A stretch of 43,799 nt of DNA, from positions 1 to 43,799 of the forward strand of contig CAZUQH010000005.1 of NCBI GenBank assembly GCA_964622465.1, read 5' to 3'. Shown in pieces: positions 33,401 to 42,600 of this stretch. The stretch is from an uncultured bacterium. GTDB lineage: Bacteria > CG03 > CAZUQH01. Both the position numbers and the translations under genes were made by a program. Each line of letters begins with the position of its first letter. Positions within the stretch are counted from its first letter, which is position 1. Below the pieces are notes generated by a model. That model was not told the DNA's origin and searched no databases. It saw nothing but the letters and a program-made list of their open reading frames with translations.

Positions 33401-35288
33401 TCCTTCCATCAAAGCCAGCGGTTACGGTAGACGCAAAAGCAAAATAAAAATAAAGATTAAATTCATCACAAGAAATTGAAAATGAAGATATATCAAGTTG
33501 AGACGAACTTCCCCTGTCTGTTCTCTGGTCTCCGATTCTGTCACGCCAGAGAGCGTCACCACCTGAGACAACAATGGAATCTACAACAGTTGCATAATTG
33601 TCTGTCCAGTCATTGTTATTGCAATCCATAGTTTTCCGGTTAATGTGAATTCCATCGGAAACAGTCCATACGCCGACAGTTCCTTCGTTATTTTCTGCCT
33701 TCACTCTTGCGTAATGGTAATAGCCACGAGAGAGGCCTGTTACTGTATAAGTGCTAACAGTCCCTGCTAAAGTAGCGGAAGAGCTAAAGAAACCAAAGTT
33801 TACATCTGTTGAAATTTCTACGAAATAATTAACGATTTCTCCACCATCAGGAATAAACGGCCAGTCCCAGGTAACAGTCCCATCCGCATCTTCAATTCCA
33901 TCAACAATGCCATAGTTGTTTTTGTTATCACTACTTCTGTTATCATAAACAACGCTCACCTTTACTTTACCCGGACTTATTAAACTCGGGCAAGCACTTG
34001 CTTCCTGAGATAAAGTAGAAGTCAGTACCTCGCTAAAGAGACCGTTCGCCTGGTTGCCTTTATCATAAGTAATCACTCGGTAGTAGTATGTGACACCTGT
34101 AGTCAGCTCTGAGTCCAGATGAACATTAGTAGGATGTGTAACGGTTGCGATATGAACTACATTCGGAGTATCTATATCTGAAAAACTGAATGTCGCTCTG
34201 TAAATGAAATATTTGTCAATATCGTCAACATATTCTGGTATTGGTTTTTCCCAGGAGACATTTATTGTTGTGGAACTGTTTGATATTGCTGAAACACTCG
34301 GAGGCGGGTCTGGATTCAGGTCAAGTGCCTGGTCACTGTTTTCTGTATTGACACCATCTGTTGACCAGGTTGACCAATTGTTTACATCATCCCTTGTTTT
34401 AATAGCGAAATAGTAAGTTGTCCCGGGATTAAGACCTGTTACCGTGTAAGAATGACCAGTTCCTTGTGTTGTATAGGATGTTGAAATATCAATAGAATAA
34501 GTGTAAAGAGGATTATTGCTTATTGAATCAAAATTAGCCGATGTAATAGGATGAGTAGATGCTTTTAACCTGTACAGCCCATCAGTAAGGTCACCAGAAG
34601 TTCCATCATCTCCAGGAGCAGTCCAGGACAACTTTACATCGCCATCATTTTCTGTACCTGTAAGAGCTGTCAGGTTAGAAATAGCACACGGGGCATACAC
34701 ATCCGGTGCAAGGAATATCCAGTTCTCGTTGTTGTTTCCAGAATCAACAGATTCCGAACATTCTATTTGGTAATCAAGAGCATCTGAGTCCTGTACATCA
34801 ACGAATTGTACTGTCTGCGAGCTCAAAAACCTTATATACCATTTGTTTCCATCAATTGTAGAACGTAATTTTATTCTATTTGCTGCGGTTCCTTCTAACG
34901 TAAAGGCACTCTTGACGGTTTGTGTTGAAGATGCCTCAAAGTAAAGTGATTTTCCTGCTGTTTCGCAACTCAAACAGTAAAAAGTTGTATTCCCTGTTAG
35001 CGTGCTTACAACTGTTGTGTAAAGAGTAACTGTTGATGTCCCGCAGATAAAACTTCCATTATTATCAAATCTTCTTCCTACATTGAGATGCCCGTCCCCT
35101 GCATCAAGAGTTCCGTTCCCTGAGATAACAACATCGCTTGAGACCTCAATGGTTACGGAGTTAGAAAGTGTAACTGTTCCAGCATCTATGATAAATGAAG
35201 CAGAAACAGGAAAAGCGAAGAACAGGAGAACGGAGATTGAGAAAACAAGAATTAAGGGTTTGGAATTGAGTATTTTCAAGTTTTGCAT
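27483..35288 (-). CDS. giant secreted multidomain protein with a divergent GH13 catalytic module, many FN3 domains and CBM20-like domains (2601-2611 aa)
   Basis: Signal MQNLKILNSKPLILVFSISVLLFFAFPVSA from ATG 35288 (TTG at 35318 possible). GH13-like module at about nt 31434-32846: YGGDFQGVIDKVGYLNDLGINMAYF, VMVDWVCGQ, AIRYDNPKF, IMGEIPEG, MMENHDERRF. Carboxypeptidase-regulatory-like domain (GTVSGVVNV...GGNYSIERV...). At least 8 FN3-like signatures. Two C-terminal repeat modules. Ends ...VSVKIW without a recognisable CTD. Confidence 0.8.
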   Translation of the reverse strand: MQNLKILNSKPLILVFSISVLLFFAFPVSASFIIDAGTVTLSNSVTIEVSSDVVISGNGTLDAGDGHLNVGRRFDNNGSFICGTSTVTLYTTVVSTLTGNTTFYCLSCETAGKSLYFEASSTQTVKSAFTLEGTAANRIKLRSTIDGNKWYIRFLSSQTVQFVDVQDSDALDYQIECSESVDSGNNNENWIFLAPDVYAPCAISNLTALTGTENDGDVKLSWTAPGDDGTSGDLTDGLYRLKASTHPITSANFDSISNNPLYTYSIDISTSYTTQGTGHSYTVTGLNPGTTYYFAIKTRDDVNNWSTWSTDGVNTENSDQALDLNPDPPPSVSAISNSSTTINVSWEKPIPEYVDDIDKYFIYRATFSFSDIDTPNVVHIATVTHPTNVHLDSELTTGVTYYYRVITYDKGNQANGLFSEVLTSTLSQEASACPSLISPGKVKVSVVYDNRSSDNKNNYGIVDGIEDADGTVTWDWPFIPDGGEIVNYFVEISTDVNFGFFSSSATLAGTVSTYTVTGLSRGYYHYARVKAENNEGTVGVWTVSDGIHINRKTMDCNNNDWTDNYATVVDSIVVSGGDALWRDRIGDQRTDRGSSSQLDISSFSISCDEFNLYFYFAFASTVTAGFDGRNFVQIMIDNDFASTERVFRGRDNQYEDSYVSGDVPWEWIIEVVTGNDITRAQNSLFTDTRYGAYSENNNNYFYEVAMPLEKLGGKEKFLGKSVNFTVATFWNEGGTDGSIGQWDADNSNIVDVITSSGTNTWTEVQDKVVDYYLSVTFSTRGVVTDARGIKANFTPPPDEPQPPEAGISPAPPSALDYILYNMFIDAWYNGDTSNDDINDTNDYGGDFQGVIDKVGYLNDLGINMAYFGPPTEFGGGIWGFNIDDAYQKETKFGRTSKYIEMVKTLHNHNIKVMVDWVCGQVGSKNSPTARKNPDFFRQEQFGWGTIQEFAEARAFWLNNLIWYFSMCDAIRYDNPKFWNDTPPEYGNGFEHKEFNLALRKLTDRWDPQLFIMGEIPEGVYWNNYFTGDNGPMIHGGEDMKSGGYKNGGEYWISSWAMPGTGYDRGIGGGVSTIDLRNGLDNEQITNKNQWSINPIMMENHDERRFISRGRDESSNSPWHQQIGYMTAFTVGVSPIFFYGGELGLEGPYDGNQPAKMDRDGNVRPMPWSRLNDSTWSQVRGALKKTIHGRANFPALRGDPKKESRGWYSGGQYDGDVVVFSRTGWGQKAIVMMNRSNGNVTLNDAGTGDENTTYKDWLTDETFNTDAIGNISSIQVNSHYGRILIKNGYSTGTVSGVVNVPNAIVDVDGKSHWTTTADSGGNYSIERVLTGDHSIKAWAPGYEIYRKNETISPGDNTVDFTLAVDNTAPSAPKSLSAKPRDQAVMLSWQENTEDDIQTYLIYRSRQPIPDYSYPQPIFEVFKPFFYDNNLDGKLDSDGNVYDRLENGTTYYYRVRAVDRNGNKSALSNEIVVVPRAIKVTFWLDTRDSGLSVSSVTIAGGALAFSNDYWGKVPLEDNGDGTFQRTFEFDDTTFLEYKYLINDIWEGSAGYAFLDGSLSDSSRGELTDNSVPDVEIIDEGNGEMLLANVWRYYNDRPPRTPGGVGIIPGPNQLTVFWTKNAEPDLSYYTILRSSYSSSEGFVEIARRDKEAINLVDIGLLSNNTYYYKISATDRREKKSSYSSVVSDYPREEDTQAPESPSGLEVFGLGTHGLDGIRIEWDPNPEGDIAGYNLHRSTVSGFSTSESNKLNDTLISPVELYYADSGASLETTYYYKLVAVDSSGNASGATQVYARCVPITFKVDVGNINSEDVAIIGNTKPLYLTTGSTMTRIGVTNVYKIELGMISGTTIQYRYGYNCLETKEQNFDTNSGRREYLIPTSSTTVSGNWEENPDEVSGVTVYPGVSKAYLYWDRNTTAEDLAGYNIYRNDGTGDPDIKVNSTPVSYSQPYTVMGLNSSTTYSFLIRSCDSGSPELESTTGTVVSAYLGEQVYVNFGVPYSAGLSSSPWGDSSKIKLYLAVMSSTQTSVWSSGDRANVTNGKKEMDANKDDGTYRTVVPLLKGEYYNFIFFAETTNTPPEGLKANSEYYDVVPGDTHCCFSVSTSSTSISGPQTGYFDRVSANRDSRRVIQVPSSLPDGSTWFVFANFASTPTAPTYIQPVPGNEKITLYWSQPYGREWTTVIDNVPVSAGEAMKAADVVCGGVYHIYMTTYTPGDFSSYKLTATVSGSVLSKTFDSLTNSVTYYFLMRSSDTFKGPPGGICDNYYSVLSSTVSAYPTSSYVVTKIRVNSNANETWRSVRKSIAFQEGKTVSSWDEEGRSNLTPSGRAVNMVSPPGNPDELEFSVNLIPQTTYNFILFAYSTFSISGIQTGTTYYDTVPNSGDEGMLVSTSTVSVTQPGKAWFGTVGGTGDSRRLLYVPDNLSSGTTLYVLCNFSAAPQEPELYANPMSSYSVRIGWVPYGYWGKQGEQNKAIDVIAGGAYHIWRSSVSEAGPYVLWASTSGVFKWVDDDRNNPGDNLGMVRGLEYFYVLVSSDAYCGDSTKMQIPNLYRTGEPEFSFCDASATPEEKRPVYFKVEYIDDRKIFVACNTAPGRRIYGTGVSVKIW

Positions 35289-35331
35289 TGTCTCGGATAA
35301 ACTATGGTAGCCGTGCAATTATCCCTTCTTA

Positions 35332-36087
35332 TTATGGCGCTCCAAACCAGAAAGCACTGAAGTGCCGGTCATAGGCATTTGCTGTTCCATAGGCAGCGCC
35401 ATCATCTCCACTGCGCCATTCTACTTTGACCACCTTGCTGCCAGTAGTACTCACGGTATAGGCAGCGTTCATACCGAGAGGACACTTGCCCGGAAATCCA
35501 TTCTGTTCTGCCATAAACTCACCATATCCAACTGATGTACCATCAACATTGAACCTTACCGCAACCTTGGGGTATTGGTTTTCACTGATAGTGCGGAATA
35601 CAGTACCGTTAAAGTACAGGAAAATCGTCGCAGGTGCAGCAGTAATATTCAATGTCCCACGCATGTTGGGCATGTCAGACCAGGCATTTGAATTGGTAGT
35701 GACATTGCCGGTATCAAGGGTGAACGTTGAGGTAATAACCAAATCCTCGTTCTTAACTGTTCTGTTTCTTAATGCACCTTGCTCTATGTAAACATTGGAG
35801 GAAAACCTTGTTGCGTAGTTTGACGAATCATCGTAGATTTTCCTGTCTGTCTGGCTTGTACCAAAGAATATATCATTGCCTTTAACTCTAACATCTCCAC
35901 CGAAAGCTGCATCACCAACCGAGGTTATACTTGAAACTACAACTTCATTCTTATCTCTCACTTGAAATGAAGTTGAACCGTCGTCGGTGGTCAATTTCAC
36001 CTTTACGTCTTCCGCAAATGCCAGCTGAGCACGGACGAGCAGTTGAAGACCTGCAAGCAATAACAAGACAAAAATTGCCTTTTTCAT
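35332..36087 (-). CDS. small secreted protein of unknown function, paralog of 43041-43712
   Basis: Signal MKKAIFVLLLLAGLQLLVRAQLAFA behind GGAGG. Conserved block NDIFFGTSQTDRKIYDDSSNYATRFSSNVYI is shared with the other small protein. Confidence 0.7.
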   Translation of the reverse strand: MKKAIFVLLLLAGLQLLVRAQLAFAEDVKVKLTTDDGSTSFQVRDKNEVVVSSITSVGDAAFGGDVRVKGNDIFFGTSQTDRKIYDDSSNYATRFSSNVYIEQGALRNRTVKNEDLVITSTFTLDTGNVTTNSNAWSDMPNMRGTLNITAAPATIFLYFNGTVFRTISENQYPKVAVRFNVDGTSVGYGEFMAEQNGFPGKCPLGMNAAYTVSTTGSKVVKVEWRSGDDGAAYGTANAYDRHFSAFWFGAP

Positions 36088-36152
36088 TTTGTGCCTCCAT
36101 CCCCCTTAATTTGACACCTGTAACACATCACGAGTAAACTTCGCTACCATCG

Positions 36153-36632
36153 TCACCTTATAATCACTAACTTACCGGTTTTGCGGTGGTTGTCTTCGTC
36201 AAACGCATAGTATATGTACACGCCACTTGCAACAGGCCGGCCGGCGTCGTTTTCTGCAGGCCACTCTTCAAAGTTATCGTAGCCGGTATTTGTAATCTCT
36301 TTAACAAAATCGCCAGCAACAGTAAATATCCTTATTTTGGTGCTATCAGTCAAGTACTTGAAAATTATGTAAGGTGCGTCCTGCGAACCGCCACTGCCCG
36401 GATGATATGGATTCGGATAGACAATCATATTATCCAGATTCTCTGCAGGTGCTTGAGCCATCAATCCGTAGATTGATGTGTGCCAGATTCGCCCACGAAC
36501 AAGATTCTCTGTTACCTCAACCCAGCAATCCTCAACCTTTTGCCAGGACTGACTTTCATCACTAAGGGTGTACATCACCAGTGTTTTCTCTCCAACTGAA
36601 CGACCGATGTTGTCAATCAGTCCATCGTTATT
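36153..36632 (-). CDS. T9SS type-A-like C-terminal sorting-domain segment in the +1 frame, probably the displaced 3' end of the 2087-aa GH57 gene
   Basis: Translation ...ENNDGLIDNIGRSVGEKTLVMYTLSDESQSWQKVEDCW...MIVYPNPYHPGSGG...IRIFTVAGDFVKEI...SGVYIYYAFD...GKLVIIR parallels the last ~170 aa of the 862-aa protein. The ORF-track version (36153..36737) has no signal peptide. Its first ~35 codons overlap the GH57 ORF and show no homology. Confidence 0.6.
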   Translation of the reverse strand, partial: NNDGLIDNIGRSVGEKTLVMYTLSDESQSWQKVEDCWVEVTENLVRGRIWHTSIYGLMAQAPAENLDNMIVYPNPYHPGSGGSQDAPYIIFKYLTDSTKIRIFTVAGDFVKEITNTGYDNFEEWPAENDAGRPVASGVYIYYAFDEDNHRKTGKLVIIR

Positions 36633-39600
36633 TTCGTCCGAATACGGCAAATACCTTATTATTCTTGAGGACATATTCTGGTTCTCCATCAAGGTCAATA
36701 TCCACTGAACAGGCAAGAACAGAATTCCACTGACCATCCGAAACTTCCTGTGCCCATCTTGCTGCTGATGAAATAATTACTGCGTAGCGAATGTGGCCGT
36801 GGAGTGCAAGAGCCCAGCCGGATATAGCATCATAAGTAGTGTCTGCTGGACCAAACTTATCCGTGCTATCTTCGTCATGCCATGCTGTCTCATAAGTGAG
36901 GGTATTGAACACCATTCCTGCATAATCTTTCAACTGATTTGATGGCGCATTTTTGATTGAGTTCCAGGTATCTCTCAAGAGTGTGCCAGCACTGTTTATG
37001 TGCCCATAGGTCTTGCCAGATGGTAATGGGACACCACTTCTGACAACTGGAACTCTGTTTGCGAATGACTGTTCAAACGACGAACCCCAGTACCAGTTGT
37101 CGTACGAACCTTCGCAGGCGTGTGTGAGCCAGTCGTATGTTTTCACCGGCAGGCTTATGTTTGTCCCGTGGTCAATTGCAGTCCAGCCCCGCGAAAGGAT
37201 ATCTTCAAGCGTAACCGTCTCTATCCACTGATGACTTGCGAGCCATTTGACTGTCTTATCCCAGTTGTCCGCGTTATCATTTGGAAGTTCGGATGTGAAA
37301 GACCGGCCACTATACGCTTCCCAGTCATCAAATACAAGAACAAGTTGCTGCTGGTCCTGGTCGCGCGCGAGACGGTTCAAGAGTTTGCGTGTCTCTATAT
37401 GCAACCCGCTATCCTGATTCCAGAACTTGGTTCCATCCGGCTCCTGGTCACCCCCAGGCGGTAGGCCAAGCCGTGCATCAATCCCGTTTATCAAGAATAC
37501 ATACACGCCGTTTATCTTGTGGAGTTTGAACCGCTGTGAATCAGGCATTCCGAACCAGTCCTTCATATGGTATCTGTCATCAAGAACAGTTGCTGTATAG
37601 CCGGTCGGGTTTCCAGTTTCATGGTTGGTAAGTATATCAGCAAAGGTTTGTCCGCGCACAACTCTCTCAGGAATCCAGAAAACCTCTGGCTGGGTTGTAA
37701 GGTCATAAATAGACATAAGAACGGACGTGCCATCTTGAATTGCTTTAGAGTTTACAAAAAGGCCCGCTGCCGCGTTATCTTCAAAATACGGCATGATATG
37801 TTCTGCGAGAACCCCGCCTATGATTGCGACTCGACCTTGCGCAGCAAGGTCAGGAATCCGGTCATTGAACAATGGCTGTGCCCATTCAATTGCCGAAGCG
37901 AGCGTGCCTGAAACATGTATGTTTGCTTTCACGCCATAGTTCTCTACCGCGTCAAGACCACGGGAATAGCCGGTCGGCGTATGATTGGTTTCCTCCCGGT
38001 ATATCCAGTCCCTTATGTCTTTTGCTTTGTTCAAGGATTGATTCCCATGATAAATGAAAGCATACTTCGCACGGCCGGTAGTAGCAGTTGATGAAACACC
38101 TCCATATAGAAAACCACCTGCACGGTCAATCGTTGCGCCAATAGCATCTACTACATCCGAGCCGGTTATCTCGCCAGGCCCGTTTTCTGTACCGTCTTTG
38201 GTCGTAAAGCACTGAATATTCAAAGCCGAGCCAGGCGACCACCCTGCATTCTCCAGAACTGACTTTCTTATAGCGAGTCCAACACTGTCAAGGTCACTTC
38301 TAAAAGACGCACCCTGGAATGCATCATTGAACACTCCCCCTGTGGAGTTATACACATTGTAGTTTGTAGCGTCATAAAGGCATATTGCGACTTCCCATAG
38401 CAAGTCCGTCTGAGTGTCTGTGAAATCAGGAAGCCAGTTCTGTCCGCCAGGGGCACAGTCAATCAGTATGTACAAATCAAGGTAGCCGTTTTCCGCATAA
38501 ATCCCGAGTTCGTGAAAATCAACCCTGAAGTAGTAATTGTTTTGTCCTTCGCGGGAATAGAGAGCAACTATATCGCGCGAAGTATCATAACCGTCACCGA
38601 AGTTGTAAGTATCTTCGTATGGGTCAAGAGCACGCACATCACTGAATTTCCAGTCAAGGAAATTTCCGTCAATTGTTCTTTCCTCAAATGTTGGGGCTTC
38701 ATAAGGCGTTGCGCTCTTTTCGGTGGATGGAGCAGAGATGTTTCCCGCAGTATCCGATGCTCTAACAACCACATAATATGTTGTCCAGTTCGTCAATCCA
38801 GAGATGACATAAAATGTCGTAGTTGGAGCTATGAGAGAACTTGAGTATGGATATTCGCCTGTAGCAGTGCCATGTCTGACAAAGTATCCGGCAAGGTCCG
38901 GCTCTGTATTTGCATTCCATCTGACCTCAATTGCCTGATTCTTTGCACTGAGTGCCAAGCCGGTTGGCGCCTGTGGCGCAAGGTCTTCACCTGCTATTGC
39001 CTGAACCGGTCCGATGAGTCCTGATTTCTGGCCAGCAAGGTCCTGAGCATCTATCTTGAAATAGTATGTTTGCCCCGTAACAAGACCTGTAACCTGCCAT
39101 GATGTAGAAGTTGCTGAAGCAAGATAAGAGTAGTTTAGATTTGGGTCAAAAGTGCTCCTGTAGATATTGTATTTTTCGAGGTCGTATTCAATATTCGGGT
39201 CCCAGTTAAGAAGCACTCCGGATGCGTTGTCGGTTGCGCGCAGATTGACAGGTACAAGTGGAATTGGGTCACCGGCGACATTCCACTTGTTTGAGACATA
39301 CATTTTTGGTCCGTTGTTTGCTGCAATTGTAATCTTTCGGTTGTTGTCTGGCGCTGTCCCAAAGTCGCTCTCCCGGGTGGTTCCGTTCATAACATACTTA
39401 TACTGCAATTCAACACCTGGCGCGAGGCTCAAAGTAATCTTCCATACGCCTGTAAGATTTCCCGTCTGTTCAGTCATAGCGTAATATGTTGTGCTCCAGG
39501 TTGGTGCAAGAACATTCTGTGCAATTGCGACAGAACTTACACCTGCCACACCTCTCATATCTACTTGAAAAACAACCTCAATCAGCGATTGTGGAACTGC

Positions 39601-42600
39601 CCAGACAACGGAAGAATACGCACTTTCGCCTCCGCTATCATTTACTGCTGTGAGTTTATAATAATGCGTGACACCGTTGACTAAACTTGTATGGCAATAT
39701 GTGGTTGAGGTTATGAGACCTGTATTTACAAGAAAATAACCAGCAGTTGTTGAACACCAGAGATTGTAACCAGCGAGGTCTGCTTCACTGTTTGCATTCC
39801 AGGAAAGGTCTATCTTCTGGTTACCAGCAACTGCCTTTAGCCCCTGCGGCTGAGAAGGTGGCGGAACAACTTGAGCAACAACCGCAAGCTCAGAAGCAGC
39901 TGGGCTTTCATTGATGTTATTGTCCATGCTGGTTAGTTGATAGTAGTATGTGCAACCACCGGTAAGACCCGTATCCTGGTGTGTTGTTCCTGGAGGAAGG
40001 ATACTTGCGACAAACGTTTTTTCGCCAAACGGACAAGAATATGTAGAACGATATATCCTGTATGAAGCGAGGTCTGTCTCCAGATTCTTAGTCCAGGAAA
40101 GGTTCACTTTTTCCACCCCGCCCCAGCCAACAATTCCTTCTGGGGTTTGTGGCGGAATGTTATCCGTTGCAACAGGCGCGGTTGTAACAGGAGAGGAATA
40201 TGCGCTTTCCACATTAAGTCCAGTTGACTTTTGAGATGTTACTGCATATGTGTAGGTCGTTCCGTTTACAAGTGGATTTCCCGAAGGAGTTGAAACAGTA
40301 ACAGTATAGCCGGTAGTCCAGGTCACAAGGGAGGCGAGCTTCACATAGGTGGAACCCGCGACATTCCATTCGTAGATATTGTATCCCGCGAGTGACACAC
40401 CCGTAACCTGCTCCCAGGAAAGGTCAATCGCCTGATTTTTTGCAGTCGGAGTGAGTCGCTGTGGAGCAGGCGGAGGATTTGTATCCGCAGGCGAAACAAT
40501 TATTTTCCAGTCCGCACCGCCATTATTGTCCCAGGTGTTGTCGTCCCAGTGGAAACAGAAATTTATCTCTGATACCGGTTGACTGCCCATAAAAGGTCCG
40601 AGAGTTATGTAGTACGATGTGCCGTTGAATAGAAGCTGAGTTTCAACTGAAAGTGAATCATACACGGTTGTAGTTGAGTTAGTTGGCCAGTATTCTGAGG
40701 ACGGATGGGTCCAGCCGTTCACGCCCCAGTGAAGTTTCCCTGGTTTGCCAAGTTGAGAACCAAAGATTGTGACCTGCTGGTCACTGGTTGGATTTTGTGG
40801 AGTCCAGAGCCCGCTTGTTTCTTCAAAACTTGCATCCCCAACCCAGACATGCTGGATTGCGGTCTTTCTCACATTTCCTTTCTTGTCAACTGCTTCAATG
40901 TAGTAGTCAACAAGTTTATTTGTCCCTACATTTACATGCGCCCAGTATCTAAGCGGAAGATATTTTGGTGTGCAAGGTGGGGGGTCTTGAAGAGTTTCAT
41001 TCAAGTAAACCTTTACCGGCCATGTGCCGGACGACATTGTAATTTCCTGCCAGGCACTAACTGCTGTCCCGCCAGAATATGTGTAGTTGTCGGGAGCTAT
41101 TGGCGTGGTGTTTGCACCAGTTGCGGTGCGGTACTTCAATTTCACTGAAGAAAGTCCGGATGCGTCATATACGAAAGTGAAAACATCAAAATCACAGGGA
41201 TATGTCCATGACTTCCAGTTATACGCAACACCGTAATTGAGTGAGCCAGGGTTATATGGAAAGCGTTGTGGAACCCAGACAGTTGGCGGAACGGTATCGG
41301 AGGCACCGGCAGAAAGTTCACCTTCGCCTATGACCGCATCAGCAAAGTCACAGGCCTTGTTTCCAGCAACAATCGGTATGAAAGTGAAATCAGAAGATGT
41401 TCCATAGTAGATGTGACCGGAATCTGCAAAACCCAGAAGATAGTGCCAGGCCTTCTCAACATTATTTGAGGTGACTTCTGGATGCAAGATATTATTGATG
41501 TTTGGGGCACCAACATAAGATTCAGCAGTAAGAACCCTGTTTGAAACCGCGGTCATTATAGCCCAGTACTGTGAATTATCATCCCAGGAGTTGACCGGGT
41601 CAAATGTTGGTTTATCTGGATAATTATTCTTGACCCATGGCCAGTTCCAGTTAGAAAATGTCGGCGAGCCAAAATCAGAATCAGCATTCACCCACGAACC
41701 GTCTTCTACATGGACAATATCGTTAACATCTACTGGAAAGTTAGCCAGATACTCTTCTGTTGTGCTTGGCACATAACCCCTTGCTGAGGCGCCAGATGCC
41801 TTATTTGGCGTGTTTGTCATATACGAATCATAACCGCCACCCCACGCATTGTCACCATCATGTGCAAGAACAACAAGTGGTGGTTTCCCAACCTCAGCCG
41901 CCTGAGCAATTGCATCAAAAAGGTCAACCGGAAATGCACTATAGCCATCAACATAACCTTCGTAGTCAGCACACGGAACAACAATTATCTTGCTTGGAGT
42001 TCCGGTTTCAGGGTCAATATATTGTGCGTAATGCGGCCTATAGGAGAAACGGAGCTCGTTTGTGGTTGGCCTTCCATCAATTGATGCATTTCGCCACACT
42101 GAGCCGGTTCCATTTGACTGGCCTGCCTTGTTCGGTGGTTCTGTATTCATTCCATTGCCAGGAGTTGCTGGCCAGTTTGAGAGACAGCGCGACAGATGTG
42201 AATTCGCAACATAGGTCCAGTTAATTCCTTCGCTTTTGAGTATTGGAATCATCCGCTCTGAAAATGCGAGTTCAAGTGGCCAGAAGCCAGTTGACATTGG
42301 AACTGCTGTACCCCATGCCTCTCCATATATTGCTTTGTACAACTGTATGTAGCGCCGCGCAACTGTGTCATCTGGAAGGAGCGGGAAGAACGGATGGTGA
42401 AATCCGGTGAGGACTATGTTCATTCTTGACTTACCACCAACTGTAGTCCATCCGCGCGCCTCCCGCCACGGAGTTTTCCAGTCAGGAGAATAACCAAGGC
42501 GGTACTGGTCACCAAGTGCCTTCACATTCATGGCAAGAGCGCCGGTGTAGGAAACAGTGAAGCCAGCTTCAGGATAGGAAGTTATGGTACTCAGTGCGTC

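Noticed and set aside
40705-42224. Plus-strand ORFs of 147 and 154 aa (also 11461..11937 and 10598..10999)
   Set aside because: All are antisense within long, motif-rich minus-strand genes. Their translations are low-complexity with no export or family signatures.
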